NCBI GenBank assembly: GCA_051439505.1
Contig: JBFRWI010000111.1
Location: 1 to 60,129 of the forward strand
Origin: Hormoscilla sp.
GTDB lineage: Bacteria > Cyanobacteriota > Cyanobacteriia > Cyanobacteriales > Desertifilaceae
Direction of reading: 5' to 3'
Length of the DNA stretch: 60,129 bases
The notes beneath the pieces are model-generated. The model did no database searches. It was not told where the DNA came from and saw only the letters and a list, made by a program, of their open reading frames with translations. The position numbers and the translations under genes were made by a program. Below, piece by piece: positions 50,701 through 60,009 of this stretch; the stretch's first letter is position 1; each line of letters begins with the position of its first letter.

Positions 50701-52181
50701 AAGGCTGGATTTGGAGCGTCAGTTTTAGTCCGAATGGCAGTCAAATTGCTACGGGTTCGGGAGATGGGACGGCCATTTTATGGGATTTACAAGGTCAAAA
50801 GTTAGCAGAATTTCAGGGGCATAAAAGGCGAGTCAATAGTATCAGTTTCAGCCCGGATGGGCAAAAGTTAGCTACCGCAGGAGATGACGGAACAGCAAGG
50901 TTGTGGAACTTGCAGGGCCAAGAAATAGCTGAGTTAAAAGGACATATCGGTGCTGTTTTGAGCGTCAGTTTTAGTCCCAATGGCAAGGTGGTGGCAACGG
51001 CAGGAGTTGACAGCACTGCCCGCTTGTGGTCCTATCATAGTAAACAGCAATTCGTCCAGTTGGTGACTCAATTTAAGGGACATCAAAACTGGGTAACAAG
51101 TCTGAGTTTTAGCCCGGATAGCAAGCTACTCGCTACCGCCTCCTTAGATGGCACCACTCGCCTGTGGGACTTGCAAGAGAAACAGGTGCAGAAGATAGCA
51201 GGACCGGGGAATAGCCGCATCAAAAGTATCAGTTTTAGTCCCGATCGCCAGTTGCTAGCTACAGTTGGAACTAACGGGACTGCCCTTTTGTGGGATATAG
51301 AAAGCGGACAGCAGTTGAGGGAATTGAAAGGACATCTCGGGGTAGTCTGGAATGTCAGTTTTAGCCCCGATGGCAAGTTGTTAGCGACGGTGGGTTCTGA
51401 CAGAACTTTCCGTTTGTGGGACTTGCAGGGCAATCAGTTGCAGCAGGTAACGGGACATAATGGACTTGAGATCCGCAGCATCAGTTTTAGTCCCGATGGC
51501 CGGAAATTGGCGACTGCTGGAGATGACGGTCTGGCTAAATTATGGGACTTAGAGGGCAATCAGTTGGCCGAATTTAAGGGACATCGAGGCAAGGTGTTGA
51601 GCGTCAGTTTTGGTCCTGCTGACTCCGGGCTGTTGGCGACCGCAGGAAATGACGGCAGCTTCCGCCTGTGGAATTTAGAGGGAAAAGAGTTGCTGAAGGT
51701 CAAAGCCCATTCTGGTTGGGTCAATAGCATCAGTTTTAGCCCGGACTCTCAGAAATTGGCTCAGAAATTGGCGACCGCAGGAGATGATAATGTTTTCCGC
51801 TTGTGGAATTTGCAGGGAGTTCAGTTAGCTGAAGGAAAAGGGCATATTGGCTCGATCCAAAAGATAGTTTTTAGCGCTGATGGCAAGCGATTAGCTACCG
51901 CTGGCAATGATGGCACTGCCCGCTTGTGGGACTTGCAGGGAAATCAATTGGCTCAATGGACAGCCCATGCGGGGTGGGTGACTAGCGTTAGTTTGCACCC
52001 CGATGGTAAATTGCTGGCGACCGCAGGAGATGACGGCATGGCCAAGCTATGGCCCATTGAAGAATTCGAGCAACTCCTCAGTCGGGGTTGCTATTGGCTG
52101 AGGGACTATCTGGAAAATAATCCTTATGCCAGTCAGGAAAACCGCCAAGAATGCGATCGCATCCTTGGGGCTGAAGATTGA
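47790..52181 (+). CDS. Caspase - STAND NTPase (nSTAND1-like) - TM - WD40 NLR-like protein
   Basis: YFAGHG and LDCCFAG dyad; NPYKSL..F.....LFFGR, Walker A GDTGSGKSS, Walker B IDQFHE, LRSDF, GALPLL and HDAL; TM segment; about 14 WD40 repeats. Confidence 0.93.
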   Translation: MSIPEFNRSIAVIIGINEYINGIPRLKTAVNDAQTLADMLREKYKYEVLLLLDKEATRDRTDELLTAFKQGRIPWTKGKTVQVEPDDRLLFYFAGHGIARDSLDSQDGPAGYILPQDAQREDDRSFVPMQELHDALIALPCRHLLTILDCCFAGAFRWSGYTRDAVRSQRVYAERYDRFINSEARQVIASAAYDEKALDFISQLGDRGVAAGGHSPFAELLFKGLGQYADLTEDNLITATELYLYLYTKLAEKTAKQTPSLFQLKTHDKGEYIFRVPGRQLKLATAPPLDYDSNPYKSLEPFEEADSELFFGRQRTIDKLWSHLQEKNKPPLTLLLGDTGSGKSSLLKAGMLPKLRTENWHILGPMRPGYSPFAALVESVISNDIQVEQTEQSVIDRLREWRQNHPTTRLLLAIDQFHELVTMCPRRRERQFIALLRKLFTDRAIDLEILIALRSDFEPRFTKIISDSFGADWERYSRFRGDPDRAYPTRFWLEPMTQNELREVIEKPAQERVLYFDPPELVDKLINDVVQMPGALPLLSFTLSELYLKYLQRRGSDRTMRESDYNQLGGVMGALTNRATEEYEKLLQLDPAYEKTLRWLMLRMIAIEGGVVTRRRVPRSELRYPDSRENQRVKTAIESFSSARLLVEGNETGEDPYVEPAHDALVTGWDLLLTWKNEYQEDLTLQRMVNNAAIAWWENKRQTRDLWDENSRLPKLQEIRKSHDNWLNYIETEFVDRSMKQKRKSQRRSFLSVVAIIAIVTGLGGLSVARRVQVGMAEISISIANSEVMFANNKQLEALQESLHVGIRLKASLWHKIWPEMQLQNQVTTTLQKMVDGVQERNRIEGDRYQLWSVSFSLEGILATGDANGTVHLWEKSGKKLSVLTGHADKVNSISFSPDGQLLATAADDGTARLWDLSSGQQLAKMSGHQGQVLSASFRPDGLALATSGSDGTVRLWDLSGQELEQFQAHEGWIWSVSFSPNGSQIATGSGDGTAILWDLQGQKLAEFQGHKRRVNSISFSPDGQKLATAGDDGTARLWNLQGQEIAELKGHIGAVLSVSFSPNGKVVATAGVDSTARLWSYHSKQQFVQLVTQFKGHQNWVTSLSFSPDSKLLATASLDGTTRLWDLQEKQVQKIAGPGNSRIKSISFSPDRQLLATVGTNGTALLWDIESGQQLRELKGHLGVVWNVSFSPDGKLLATVGSDRTFRLWDLQGNQLQQVTGHNGLEIRSISFSPDGRKLATAGDDGLAKLWDLEGNQLAEFKGHRGKVLSVSFGPADSGLLATAGNDGSFRLWNLEGKELLKVKAHSGWVNSISFSPDSQKLAQKLATAGDDNVFRLWNLQGVQLAEGKGHIGSIQKIVFSADGKRLATAGNDGTARLWDLQGNQLAQWTAHAGWVTSVSLHPDGKLLATAGDDGMAKLWPIEEFEQLLSRGCYWLRDYLENNPYASQENRQECDRILGAED

Positions 52182-52221
52182 ACGGAAGCAACTCTCCGGT
52201 CACTTGTCAATTTTGAATTAC

Positions 52222-52641
52222 TTATTTCTTGGGTGGTAAAAGGCGATCGCCCGTAATGGGACCGCCACCGAGTCCTCCTAAACCGCCTGTAAATTCTTCG
52301 AGATCGCTTGTAAGTCCTGCGAGACTGCCAAAGAGTCCGGAGGAATTTTGATTGCCGAGTCCGCCAAAGATCTGATTGCCGAGTCCTAAAATATTATTAG
52401 CAATACCTGAACCCTGAGAGAGCAATCCCAGCCCTAAAGCTTCACCTAGGGCGATCGGCTGATAGTTAAAGGCCGTGCGCTGATAGCTGAAGGCCGTGCG
52501 CTGATAGCTGAAGGCGGTACGCTGAGTCTTGAATGCCAAGCGCTGAGAACAGAAGGCCCGGCGCTGATTTCGGAAGGCTGTCCGCTGATGGGCGAAGGCC
52601 GTGCGTTGATAGCCGAAGGCTGTACGTCCTGAAGCTGCCAT
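52222..52641 (-). CDS. Small protein with eight RTAFxxQ heptad repeats and a Gly/Leu-rich tail
   Basis: GAGGA RBS 8 nt before the ATG at 52641; at the conserved residues the repeat units differ at third codon positions in this frame. Confidence 0.75.
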   Translation of the reverse strand: MAASGRTAFGYQRTAFAHQRTAFRNQRRAFCSQRLAFKTQRTAFSYQRTAFSYQRTAFNYQPIALGEALGLGLLSQGSGIANNILGLGNQIFGGLGNQNSSGLFGSLAGLTSDLEEFTGGLGGLGGGPITGDRLLPPKK

Positions 52642-52729
52642 ATTGTCATTCCTCAAGTAAACTATTTTTGTACTGTCAAAGATTGTAGCAAAGGCGATAT
52701 GGTATTTGCCAGCCTGGACTGGTAATTAA

Positions 52730-52763
52730 GTAGTTCGTAGTTCGTAGTTCGTAGTTCGTAGTT
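52730..52763. repeat. Heptamer tandem repeat (GTAGTTC)n
   Basis: About five consecutive units. Confidence 0.85.
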
Positions 52764-53105
52764 TGACACCATAGAGATTAAACTATGCACAGAGCAAGGG
52801 TTATCGCCTTGTTGAGGAAAAAATCAAATCTACAAATAATTTTGCACCACTACTTATCTGATTTAATTTTTTTACCCCATTTTTTGTACTACAATTATTA
52901 ACATGTTATATTATACCTATTTCCCCTGGTGGATTACAAGTGTACTACTTGCAATCCACGCATCTGACAATTGAGCAAACTAAACGTATATTGTACAGTA
53001 CCCGTCAGCAAATCTCGTTTTGCCGGGTCTGTAATGACTATACGAATCATTGTTTCACCCCTGAAACAATAGATTTGGCCGTGCATGGTTAATTGTTGAT
53101 TGCCA

Positions 53106-54947
53106 TTAGCAATTAGCCATGGTCTCTTGGAGATTGTAGCTAGAAGCCTGCAAGCGAAACATCCGCGCATAGAGGCCATCATTGGCCATCAGTTGAGCGT
53201 GAGCGCCCACTTCGACAATGCGACTATTATCTAGCACGACAATGCGATCGGCCAATAGGACTGTAGAAAAGCGGTGACTGACAAAGAAGGTCATTTTTCC
53301 GTGAGTTAGCTGGCGAAACTTCTGAAACAATTGATATTCGGCTAAGGCATCTAAGGCGGCGGTGGGTTCGTCTAAAATGAGGATGGGTGCATTGGTCATG
53401 AAAGCCCTGGCCATGCCAATTTTCTGCCATTGTCCTCCAGAGAGTTCTACTCCCGATGAGAACATCTTACCCAAAACTGTCTCATATCCCCGATCGAGCC
53501 CAGCAATTAATTCTTGGGCTCCCCCATCAGCAGATGCTTCCTGGAGACGAGACATGTTCGATCGTTCTGGCAGGTTGCCAAAACCAATATTATCTTGTAC
53601 GCTCAGGTTATAGCGGGCAAAATCCTGAAAAATTATATCAATGTTGCGGCGCAACTCTTGCAGGTCTAATTCCGGCAGGGGAATGCCCTCCAAAGTGATT
53701 TCCCCCGTATCTACATCATATAATCGAGTCAGGAGTTTCAGTAAAGTAGTTTTGCCAGCTCCGTTCAAACCTACTAGAGCAATACTTTCTCCTGGCTGTA
53801 CGGTTAAGTTCAGATCAACTAGGGTGGGCTTGGTAGATCCGGGATAGGTGAAACTGACATTCCGCAACTCCAGACCTGTTTGCAGGGGACTGGGAAATGG
53901 TTTGGGACTCTCTGGCGTCACTACGAGGGGCTGCAAGTCCAAGAATTCAAAATACTGACCGACATAGAGATTGGTATCGTAGATGTTGGCCACATTTTGG
54001 AGAATATTAGGAATGAGATTCTGAGCCTGGCCGAAGGCACCCGTATACATGGTGAAGTCCCCGAGGGTAATCGCTCCCATTACGGCCTGCACCACTGCCC
54101 AGATATAGGCTGTGTAAAAGCCCAAGTTAGAAACTATTCCTACTCCACCGCGAACTGCTGCATACTTGCCTGCCAAAGCGGCTGATGTTTGATTAAACTC
54201 GGTACGAATGTCACGCCATTGCTGAAGTAAATATGCTCCCAGGTTAAACAAACGCACTTCTTTAGCATATTCGCCCTGGGTGAGCAGACGCTGCAAGTAG
54301 TCCGCTAGTCGTCCACTCTCGGTTTGAGAACGTAACATCCAGAAGCGCTTGCCAGAATAATTTACCGCTACCCAGAATGCTGGGAAGCCTGTGATTACGA
54401 GTAGTCCCGCGATCGGGGGACTAAATCTGAGTAGCAAGGTCAGTAAGCTAAACAGGGTCAAGATTTGTCCCAAGAGGGTGGTGAGGGTGCTAACCACGGC
54501 GACAGGATAGTTACTGCCACTTTTGCTGGCGCGACTGAGAGCATTATGGAACTCTGATGATTCATAATGAGCTAAATCCAGTTGCACTGCTTGTGCTAGC
54601 AGCACTCCATTGGCATGGAGGGTGAACCTGTCCTTAAAGACTTGGGAGACATAGACGTTTACCTGGTTCAACCCTTCCTGTAGTAGACTGAGGCCAAACC
54701 GAAAACCTACCAGTGTTAGCAAGGGCGTCCAGTCAACCTCTGTCTGTTTGACATCAATCAGAATCTGGTCTATAATCAGCTTGCTGACGATCAGTTGCGC
54801 TGCTGGCAGCGCGGCTCTAATCAGGGCGATGGTTAAAGATATTAGCAATATACCCGGTACAGCGGTCCAAACTAGATGCAGCAGCCGGGGAGTATTTGCT
54901 AGGATCTCTTTTAAGTTAGTTTCTCGACTCTGAGTTTCAGTTGTCAT
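53106..54947 (-). CDS. ABC exporter (fused permease and ATPase)
   Basis: TMD with YAKEVRLF; Walker A GLNGAGKTT; IFQDF, LSGGQWQKI, LILDEPTA and SHR. Confidence 0.93.
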   Translation of the reverse strand: MTTETQSRETNLKEILANTPRLLHLVWTAVPGILLISLTIALIRAALPAAQLIVSKLIIDQILIDVKQTEVDWTPLLTLVGFRFGLSLLQEGLNQVNVYVSQVFKDRFTLHANGVLLAQAVQLDLAHYESSEFHNALSRASKSGSNYPVAVVSTLTTLLGQILTLFSLLTLLLRFSPPIAGLLVITGFPAFWVAVNYSGKRFWMLRSQTESGRLADYLQRLLTQGEYAKEVRLFNLGAYLLQQWRDIRTEFNQTSAALAGKYAAVRGGVGIVSNLGFYTAYIWAVVQAVMGAITLGDFTMYTGAFGQAQNLIPNILQNVANIYDTNLYVGQYFEFLDLQPLVVTPESPKPFPSPLQTGLELRNVSFTYPGSTKPTLVDLNLTVQPGESIALVGLNGAGKTTLLKLLTRLYDVDTGEITLEGIPLPELDLQELRRNIDIIFQDFARYNLSVQDNIGFGNLPERSNMSRLQEASADGGAQELIAGLDRGYETVLGKMFSSGVELSGGQWQKIGMARAFMTNAPILILDEPTAALDALAEYQLFQKFRQLTHGKMTFFVSHRFSTVLLADRIVVLDNSRIVEVGAHAQLMANDGLYARMFRLQASSYNLQETMANC

Positions 54948-55015
54948 CTTTCGGTGTGGGGCGATCGCCAGTGATATTTGCTTTTCTCAAACATTTCATC
55001 ATTCTATCTTACTGT

Positions 55016-55477
55016 ATGCAGATATTTTTTTACGGCTCGAATCTGGACCACCAACGCTTGCGATCGCGCGTCCCCAGTTGGAATGGATCCTATCAGCTTG
55101 TCTACCTGAAGGGGTATGAATTGCGTTTCCATAAACGTCGGGCGGATGGGACGGCGGCGGCTAATATTGTTCCTCATGCTGCAAGTCAAGTCTGGGGAAT
55201 TCTGGTAAATATGGACGATCGGGAAGTTAGCCTGATGGACGGATATGAAGGATATCCATACCATTACGATCGCCTGGAAGTCAAGGTCAGCACGGTTGCG
55301 GGGGAGGAGATAGCAGGAGAGACTTATGTTGTCCAACCTGACTGGATAGAAGAGGGTTTACCCCAGAGTCAGGAATATCTCAACCATGTGATCGATGGTG
55401 CCAAACAAAGTGGTTTGCCTGATGATTATATCCAGAATATTGTCCAATGGCAATTAGGGAATCAAGGCCAATACTGA
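55016..55477 (+). CDS. Gamma-glutamylcyclotransferase family protein
   Basis: FFYGSNL, ANIVP, VWG, MDGYEG and P..EYL..V..GA...GLP.DY. Confidence 0.9.
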   Translation: MQIFFYGSNLDHQRLRSRVPSWNGSYQLVYLKGYELRFHKRRADGTAAANIVPHAASQVWGILVNMDDREVSLMDGYEGYPYHYDRLEVKVSTVAGEEIAGETYVVQPDWIEEGLPQSQEYLNHVIDGAKQSGLPDDYIQNIVQWQLGNQGQY

Positions 55478-56158
55478 TACTGGCGTTCCCGAACCTCCCC
55501 GGAGACGGAGAATGCCAATTACTAATGTCGCACCTTTAGGAGGCAGGCGATCGAGGTTGGTCAAATTTTCCAGGACAATTTTCTGCTCTCGAAGTACCAG
55601 CTTATTAATAGAGAAGCTGCTGTCTACTGCGGGGTCTACTCCGTGGGTGTCAATTCCAACTCCGGCAATGCCTCTTTCTGCTAGCATAAAGCAGGTGGCT
55701 TCACTCCCGAATCCGGGAAATTGCGGCAAAAATTCTCCGGCATCCCCCCACTTGTTTTGCCAACCCGTGTATAATAGGACAATACTGCCCACGGGGATGC
55801 GATCGTGCTTTTGTTCCCAACTGATAATATCATCTTTGGTTAAGGCATAATTGGGATTAACAGCAGCCCGATCGCGGATATCGATGGCCACAGTTGGGAC
55901 AACCAGGGATTTGGCGGGATAGCGATCGATTCCGGGACCATCGGGATAAAAACTCTTGGGTGAATTCATATGAGTGCCGCTATGTTCTCCCATGGAGAAG
56001 CGGCGCAGATAGTAACCATCTTGGTTTAACTCAGCGACTGACTCAAATTCAACGGGGGGATCCCCCGGCCATCGGGGAATGTTGGGGTCGATAATATGGC
56101 TGAGGTCTATTACCTGAGAGTAACTGATAGTTTTGAGCCTGTTGGAGTTGGAGTTCAT
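55454..56158 (-). CDS. Cyclase family protein (kynurenine formamidase-like)
   Basis: IDLSH, WPGDP, EHSGTHMNSP (Asn at the usual Asp), FPG, GIDT and ENL. Confidence 0.88.
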   Translation of the reverse strand: MNSNSNRLKTISYSQVIDLSHIIDPNIPRWPGDPPVEFESVAELNQDGYYLRRFSMGEHSGTHMNSPKSFYPDGPGIDRYPAKSLVVPTVAIDIRDRAAVNPNYALTKDDIISWEQKHDRIPVGSIVLLYTGWQNKWGDAGEFLPQFPGFGSEATCFMLAERGIAGVGIDTHGVDPAVDSSFSINKLVLREQKIVLENLTNLDRLPPKGATLVIGILRLRGGSGTPVSVLALIP

Positions 56159-56280
56159 CGCGGTAATGGGTTGAGTTATTCCACAATTGCTATCGAGATT
56201 ATGCTAACATATTAGCATGGGGATTTCATTCTTGAGTGTGAATCCAAAATGCAGATGATTGACAAGAAAAGAAACAGCCA

Positions 56281-57456
56281 ATGCAGGATATCAAGGAAGT
56301 AGTTGCCCAGGCGGCCAAGCATTTAACGGGGCAAGAAGATTTTGCGGGGGCGGCAAGTTGGTATATAGGCAGCAAAGTTGTCAAAGCGGATATAATTGAG
56401 TTCTTGCAGGAGGCAGCTACTCGTTTTCCCCAGGTTAAGGTTTCCAGTAAGGATAGCAAAGAGTGGTTGATTGCCACGCTGTTAGAACATCCTCAACTAT
56501 GGGATGGTTTTTTCCAGAGGTTTAACCGGGCTTTGGCCCTGCATCCTCCGAATGTAGAGTATATTTTGCAATGTTCCCGAACTGAACGCAAGCGTTGGGA
56601 GTCGGAAGGAAAATTGCCGATAGTGGGTTATGATTCGGTTAGGAAGCATGGGCAGGATTTGGTTTTCTCTCTGTTCGATTTTAGGGCGATCGCCCGGCTG
56701 TCTCCAGAGGAAATTGCAGCTTGGCGCCAGACTCACGCATTGCTGCTGAAACGTTCTCGCAAAATCGGCGCATATAAGGCCAAGGAAACTAAGGTAAAAC
56801 ATAACCGGGCGCGTTTAGAATTTGGTTTAACTTGGCAAGAACTGTGCGAACAATGGGAAATTCGAGATGCTGCTGCTGCACCAGCCCTGAAGCTAGCTTA
56901 TTGGTGTGTATGGGTTTCTCGGTGGGCGAAGGAATATCAGATCCGGGCTCATCGCGCTAGGAAATATGCCGAGGAGTATCGGGCGAAATCAGAGGAATAT
57001 TATCAGCTAAAGAATGAAATTGTGAAAGTTTTGGTCCGGTCTCCTTATGCCCAGTTAAGTTTTTATCGCCCCGATAATCCTCATAAAATTATTTGGGACG
57101 ATCGGGACTTTGATGATGAATATGATGAACCCGATCGCTTTTACGACCGACTCCGGGAACCAGTGCGTCAAATTAAAGATTACTACTCTCTGTATTATTT
57201 ATCCGTCGCCTCCGATCGCATTCCCGATGTCCGGTTTTCTTTCCACACCCCCTATCCGATCGGGAAAAATTTCTTCCCTCTTCCGAATAGTTTGCCGCAA
57301 GTCAAGCATTCCGAACAAGAAGGAATATTCCGGTTTGGACGGGTGCTGTTTGAGAAGGAAAAGATTACTCACAGCGAAAAACTGACCTGTAAGCAAGCGG
57401 CATTTTATTTAGATTTATTGCGACATAAATATGCTGCCATTGATCGGCTTAATTAA
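56281..57456 (+). CDS. Hypothetical protein
   Basis: 391-aa ORF; LYYL...FSFHTPY segment near the C-terminus; no family assigned with confidence. Confidence 0.75.
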   Translation: MQDIKEVVAQAAKHLTGQEDFAGAASWYIGSKVVKADIIEFLQEAATRFPQVKVSSKDSKEWLIATLLEHPQLWDGFFQRFNRALALHPPNVEYILQCSRTERKRWESEGKLPIVGYDSVRKHGQDLVFSLFDFRAIARLSPEEIAAWRQTHALLLKRSRKIGAYKAKETKVKHNRARLEFGLTWQELCEQWEIRDAAAAPALKLAYWCVWVSRWAKEYQIRAHRARKYAEEYRAKSEEYYQLKNEIVKVLVRSPYAQLSFYRPDNPHKIIWDDRDFDDEYDEPDRFYDRLREPVRQIKDYYSLYYLSVASDRIPDVRFSFHTPYPIGKNFFPLPNSLPQVKHSEQEGIFRFGRVLFEKEKITHSEKLTCKQAAFYLDLLRHKYAAIDRLN

Positions 57457-57577
57457 TATTTTCTTCTCGGCAAGGCAGCAGGAGATTAAATTATGTCCAG
57501 CAAATATAATGGCAAATGCCATATATTTAGACGGTGAACTTTGGCAGTGCAGTTCGTTATAACATGCTGATTTCCTA

Positions 57578-58015
57578 TTATATTGTAGAAGTTGCAGAGG
57601 GGCGATCGAGTCCCTGTTTGATCCAGCTTATACATGCTTGTTCCGATGGGAACAGCTTGGGGGCGGCAATATTTCTCAAGCTGTCGGGGGGATAATGATC
57701 GTAAAAATATTTGCCGCACTGTTGGTAGATGATAATCAGATTGTAGCGATAGGTATATCGATATTTGAAATAATCTATCTGACTGAAGACATCTGTATGG
57801 CGATCGAGATGTTCTTTAGCAATTTCAATCAAGCTAGCAATGCCACCGGAATAGATGCCAGCGGGATTTTCTGATTTATGGAATTTACCTTTATGTCCCA
57901 GATCGGATAGTAGCTTATAGGAGTAGATGGAATAACCGTCCGCCATGCCAAACACAAAGGGGACGATCAGATGTCCCCGATGGGAAACTGAATTTTCGTA
58001 AATTAATCTATTCAT
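57578..58015 (-). CDS. Conserved cyanobacterial hypothetical protein
   Basis: YSY.LLS..GH...FHK.ENPAG and YFYDHYPP..L.NIAAPK.F patterns. Confidence 0.8.
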   Translation of the reverse strand: MNRLIYENSVSHRGHLIVPFVFGMADGYSIYSYKLLSDLGHKGKFHKSENPAGIYSGGIASLIEIAKEHLDRHTDVFSQIDYFKYRYTYRYNLIIIYQQCGKYFYDHYPPDSLRNIAAPKLFPSEQACISWIKQGLDRPSATSTI

Positions 58016-58192
58016 GGTGCTTCTTGTGGTATCATAACAAGGGTTTGTAGTCAGCCAGCCGGGGGTTCACCGGGGGTTAAAACCCCCGGCAACCCGGCTA
58101 ATAGCTAAAGTCGGTTAAAACCGACTAATAATATAATGTTCAAGAAATTGTAGCATTGTTTTTCCCAAATGGTATGAAATACACCCGCTGGA

Positions 58193-58939
58193 CTATGAAA
58201 GCTGTTCGGGATCGATTCCTTGTTGGCGCAGTCGCGCTATCAACTCTTGATAGCGCTGTTGTTCCTGTTCCAATTGAGTAATTGCTTCCAAAGCCCGTTG
58301 GCGTTCCTGTTCTGCCCGTTGGTGTTCCCGTTCTGCCCGTTGGTGTTCCTGTTCGCGGAGTCGATCCAGTTCAACGGGAGTGAGGAACTTGCGCCCATCA
58401 GGACGATAAATTTCCAGGCCGTTTGATGTCAGTTCAAACCTGATTCCCAACCGGGGACTAACCCAACCATTCATCTGGCGAATCTCTTCTAAGCTTCCCC
58501 CAGAACGCTGCAACCCATCTAAGCACATCCTCTCTGGGTCATAGATGTAATATTCCTGGACTCCATAGCGTTCGTAAAAGCCGAGTTTCCTGGTCATTTC
58601 TTTGAGTCGGTTGCCCGGAGATAGAATTTCAAACACCACCTGGGGGGCGATGTTATCTTCTTCCCACTGTCTGTAGGAACCTCTGTCTCCTTTTGGCCTG
58701 CCAAAGACAACCATCACATCGGGTGCTTGCCGAATTGTGTTATCTCCCTCAACCGGATACCATAATAGATCCCCCGCGACAAACAAATCGTCGATCGGGG
58801 CAAACAAGATTTCCAAGTTTTCTTTGATGATCACAATCCAGCGGAATTGTTTGGTATTATCAGCCATTGCTTGACCGTCACTATCGGGATATATTATTTC
58901 GGGTTTTTTCTCAGCGAGGACTTCTTGTACCTGTACCAT
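58193..58939 (-). CDS. Uma2 (DUF820) family endonuclease
   Basis: YPDSDG..MADNT.QF, APDVMV, VVFEILSP and YGVQEYYIYDP; C-terminal E.QRAE coiled-coil repeats. Confidence 0.95.
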   Translation of the reverse strand: MVQVQEVLAEKKPEIIYPDSDGQAMADNTKQFRWIVIIKENLEILFAPIDDLFVAGDLLWYPVEGDNTIRQAPDVMVVFGRPKGDRGSYRQWEEDNIAPQVVFEILSPGNRLKEMTRKLGFYERYGVQEYYIYDPERMCLDGLQRSGGSLEEIRQMNGWVSPRLGIRFELTSNGLEIYRPDGRKFLTPVELDRLREQEHQRAEREHQRAEQERQRALEAITQLEQEQQRYQELIARLRQQGIDPEQLS

Positions 58940-59057
58940 CGGTGCTTTACCTCCAGCGAACTTTGGTCATGAATATTGCCAAAGCTATCCTTTATATGAT
59001 AATATAACATATAAATCCTCCCCGATCGACCAAATATATTTTTTACCACCGTTGTTT

Positions 59058-59936
59058 ATGTCGAGCAGTTTCTTACCTCCGGAAGTTACCCAACTGACAG
59101 AGTCTACTTCTATTACTCTGGCCCAAATGATCCAGTGTCAGCCGATCGCCACTCCTCTAAACGATCGGCCAATTTCGACCGCCTACCTGCATGAGGGGAA
59201 AGGTGGCACCCCGATTTTATTATTGCACGGTTTTGACAGTTCCGTGCTGGAATTCCGCCGCCTTCTCCCCCTACTGGCCCCTGCTAATGAAACTTGGGCG
59301 ATCGACCTCTTAGGTTTCGGCTTTACAGAACGCATTCCGGGCATTACCCCAGAAACCATTAAAGCACATCTCTATGCTTGTTGGCAAAGTTTCATCCATC
59401 GGCCAGTAATTTTGGTGGGGGTGTCCATGGGCGGTGCTGCTGCGATCGATTTTAGCATCACTTACCCGGAAGCTGTCAAAAAGCTAGTGCTAATTGACAG
59501 TGCTGGCTTTGCTAAAGCCCCGAAAATGCAGGGATTTTACTTGACTCCCTTGGTCTACCTGGCGGCGGAATTTCTGCGTCAGCCCAAGGTGCGCGAGGAT
59601 GTTAGTAAAAAGGCTTACTATGACCGGAAGTTGGCTTCCTCTGATGCTAATTTATGTGCATCCCTACACCTGAAAATGCCTAATTGGCGTCAAGCTATGG
59701 TAGAGTTTACTAAGACGGGTGGTTACGGCTTTTTGGCCGATCGCATTTCAGAAGTTAAGCAGGAGACCTTGATTTTGTGGGGAGACTCCGATAAGATATT
59801 GGGAACCGAAGATGCCCAAAGGTTCCAGAGGGCGATCAGCGGTTCAAAACTGATCTGGATCGAAGAGTGCGGTCACGTACCTCACCTGGAAAAGCCGGAA
59901 ATTACTGCCAAGCACATTCTCGCCTTCCGTGATTAA
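59058..59936 (+). CDS. Alpha/beta fold hydrolase
   Basis: LLHGFDSS, DLLGFG, GVSMGG, WGDSD and CGHVPHLE. Confidence 0.93.
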   Translation: MSSSFLPPEVTQLTESTSITLAQMIQCQPIATPLNDRPISTAYLHEGKGGTPILLLHGFDSSVLEFRRLLPLLAPANETWAIDLLGFGFTERIPGITPETIKAHLYACWQSFIHRPVILVGVSMGGAAAIDFSITYPEAVKKLVLIDSAGFAKAPKMQGFYLTPLVYLAAEFLRQPKVREDVSKKAYYDRKLASSDANLCASLHLKMPNWRQAMVEFTKTGGYGFLADRISEVKQETLILWGDSDKILGTEDAQRFQRAISGSKLIWIEECGHVPHLEKPEITAKHILAFRD

Positions 59937-60009
59937 AAGGTTTGTACTAAAGTTTGTACTAAAGTTCGTGCTAAAGTTCGTAGTAAGGACTTTAGTCCTT
60001 GCACTCCGG

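Noticed and set aside
52446..52649. Alternative frame with PSAISAR repeats
   Set aside because: Repeat-to-repeat changes are non-synonymous in this frame but synonymous in the RTAFxxQ frame, and the RBS spacing favours the ATG at 52641.
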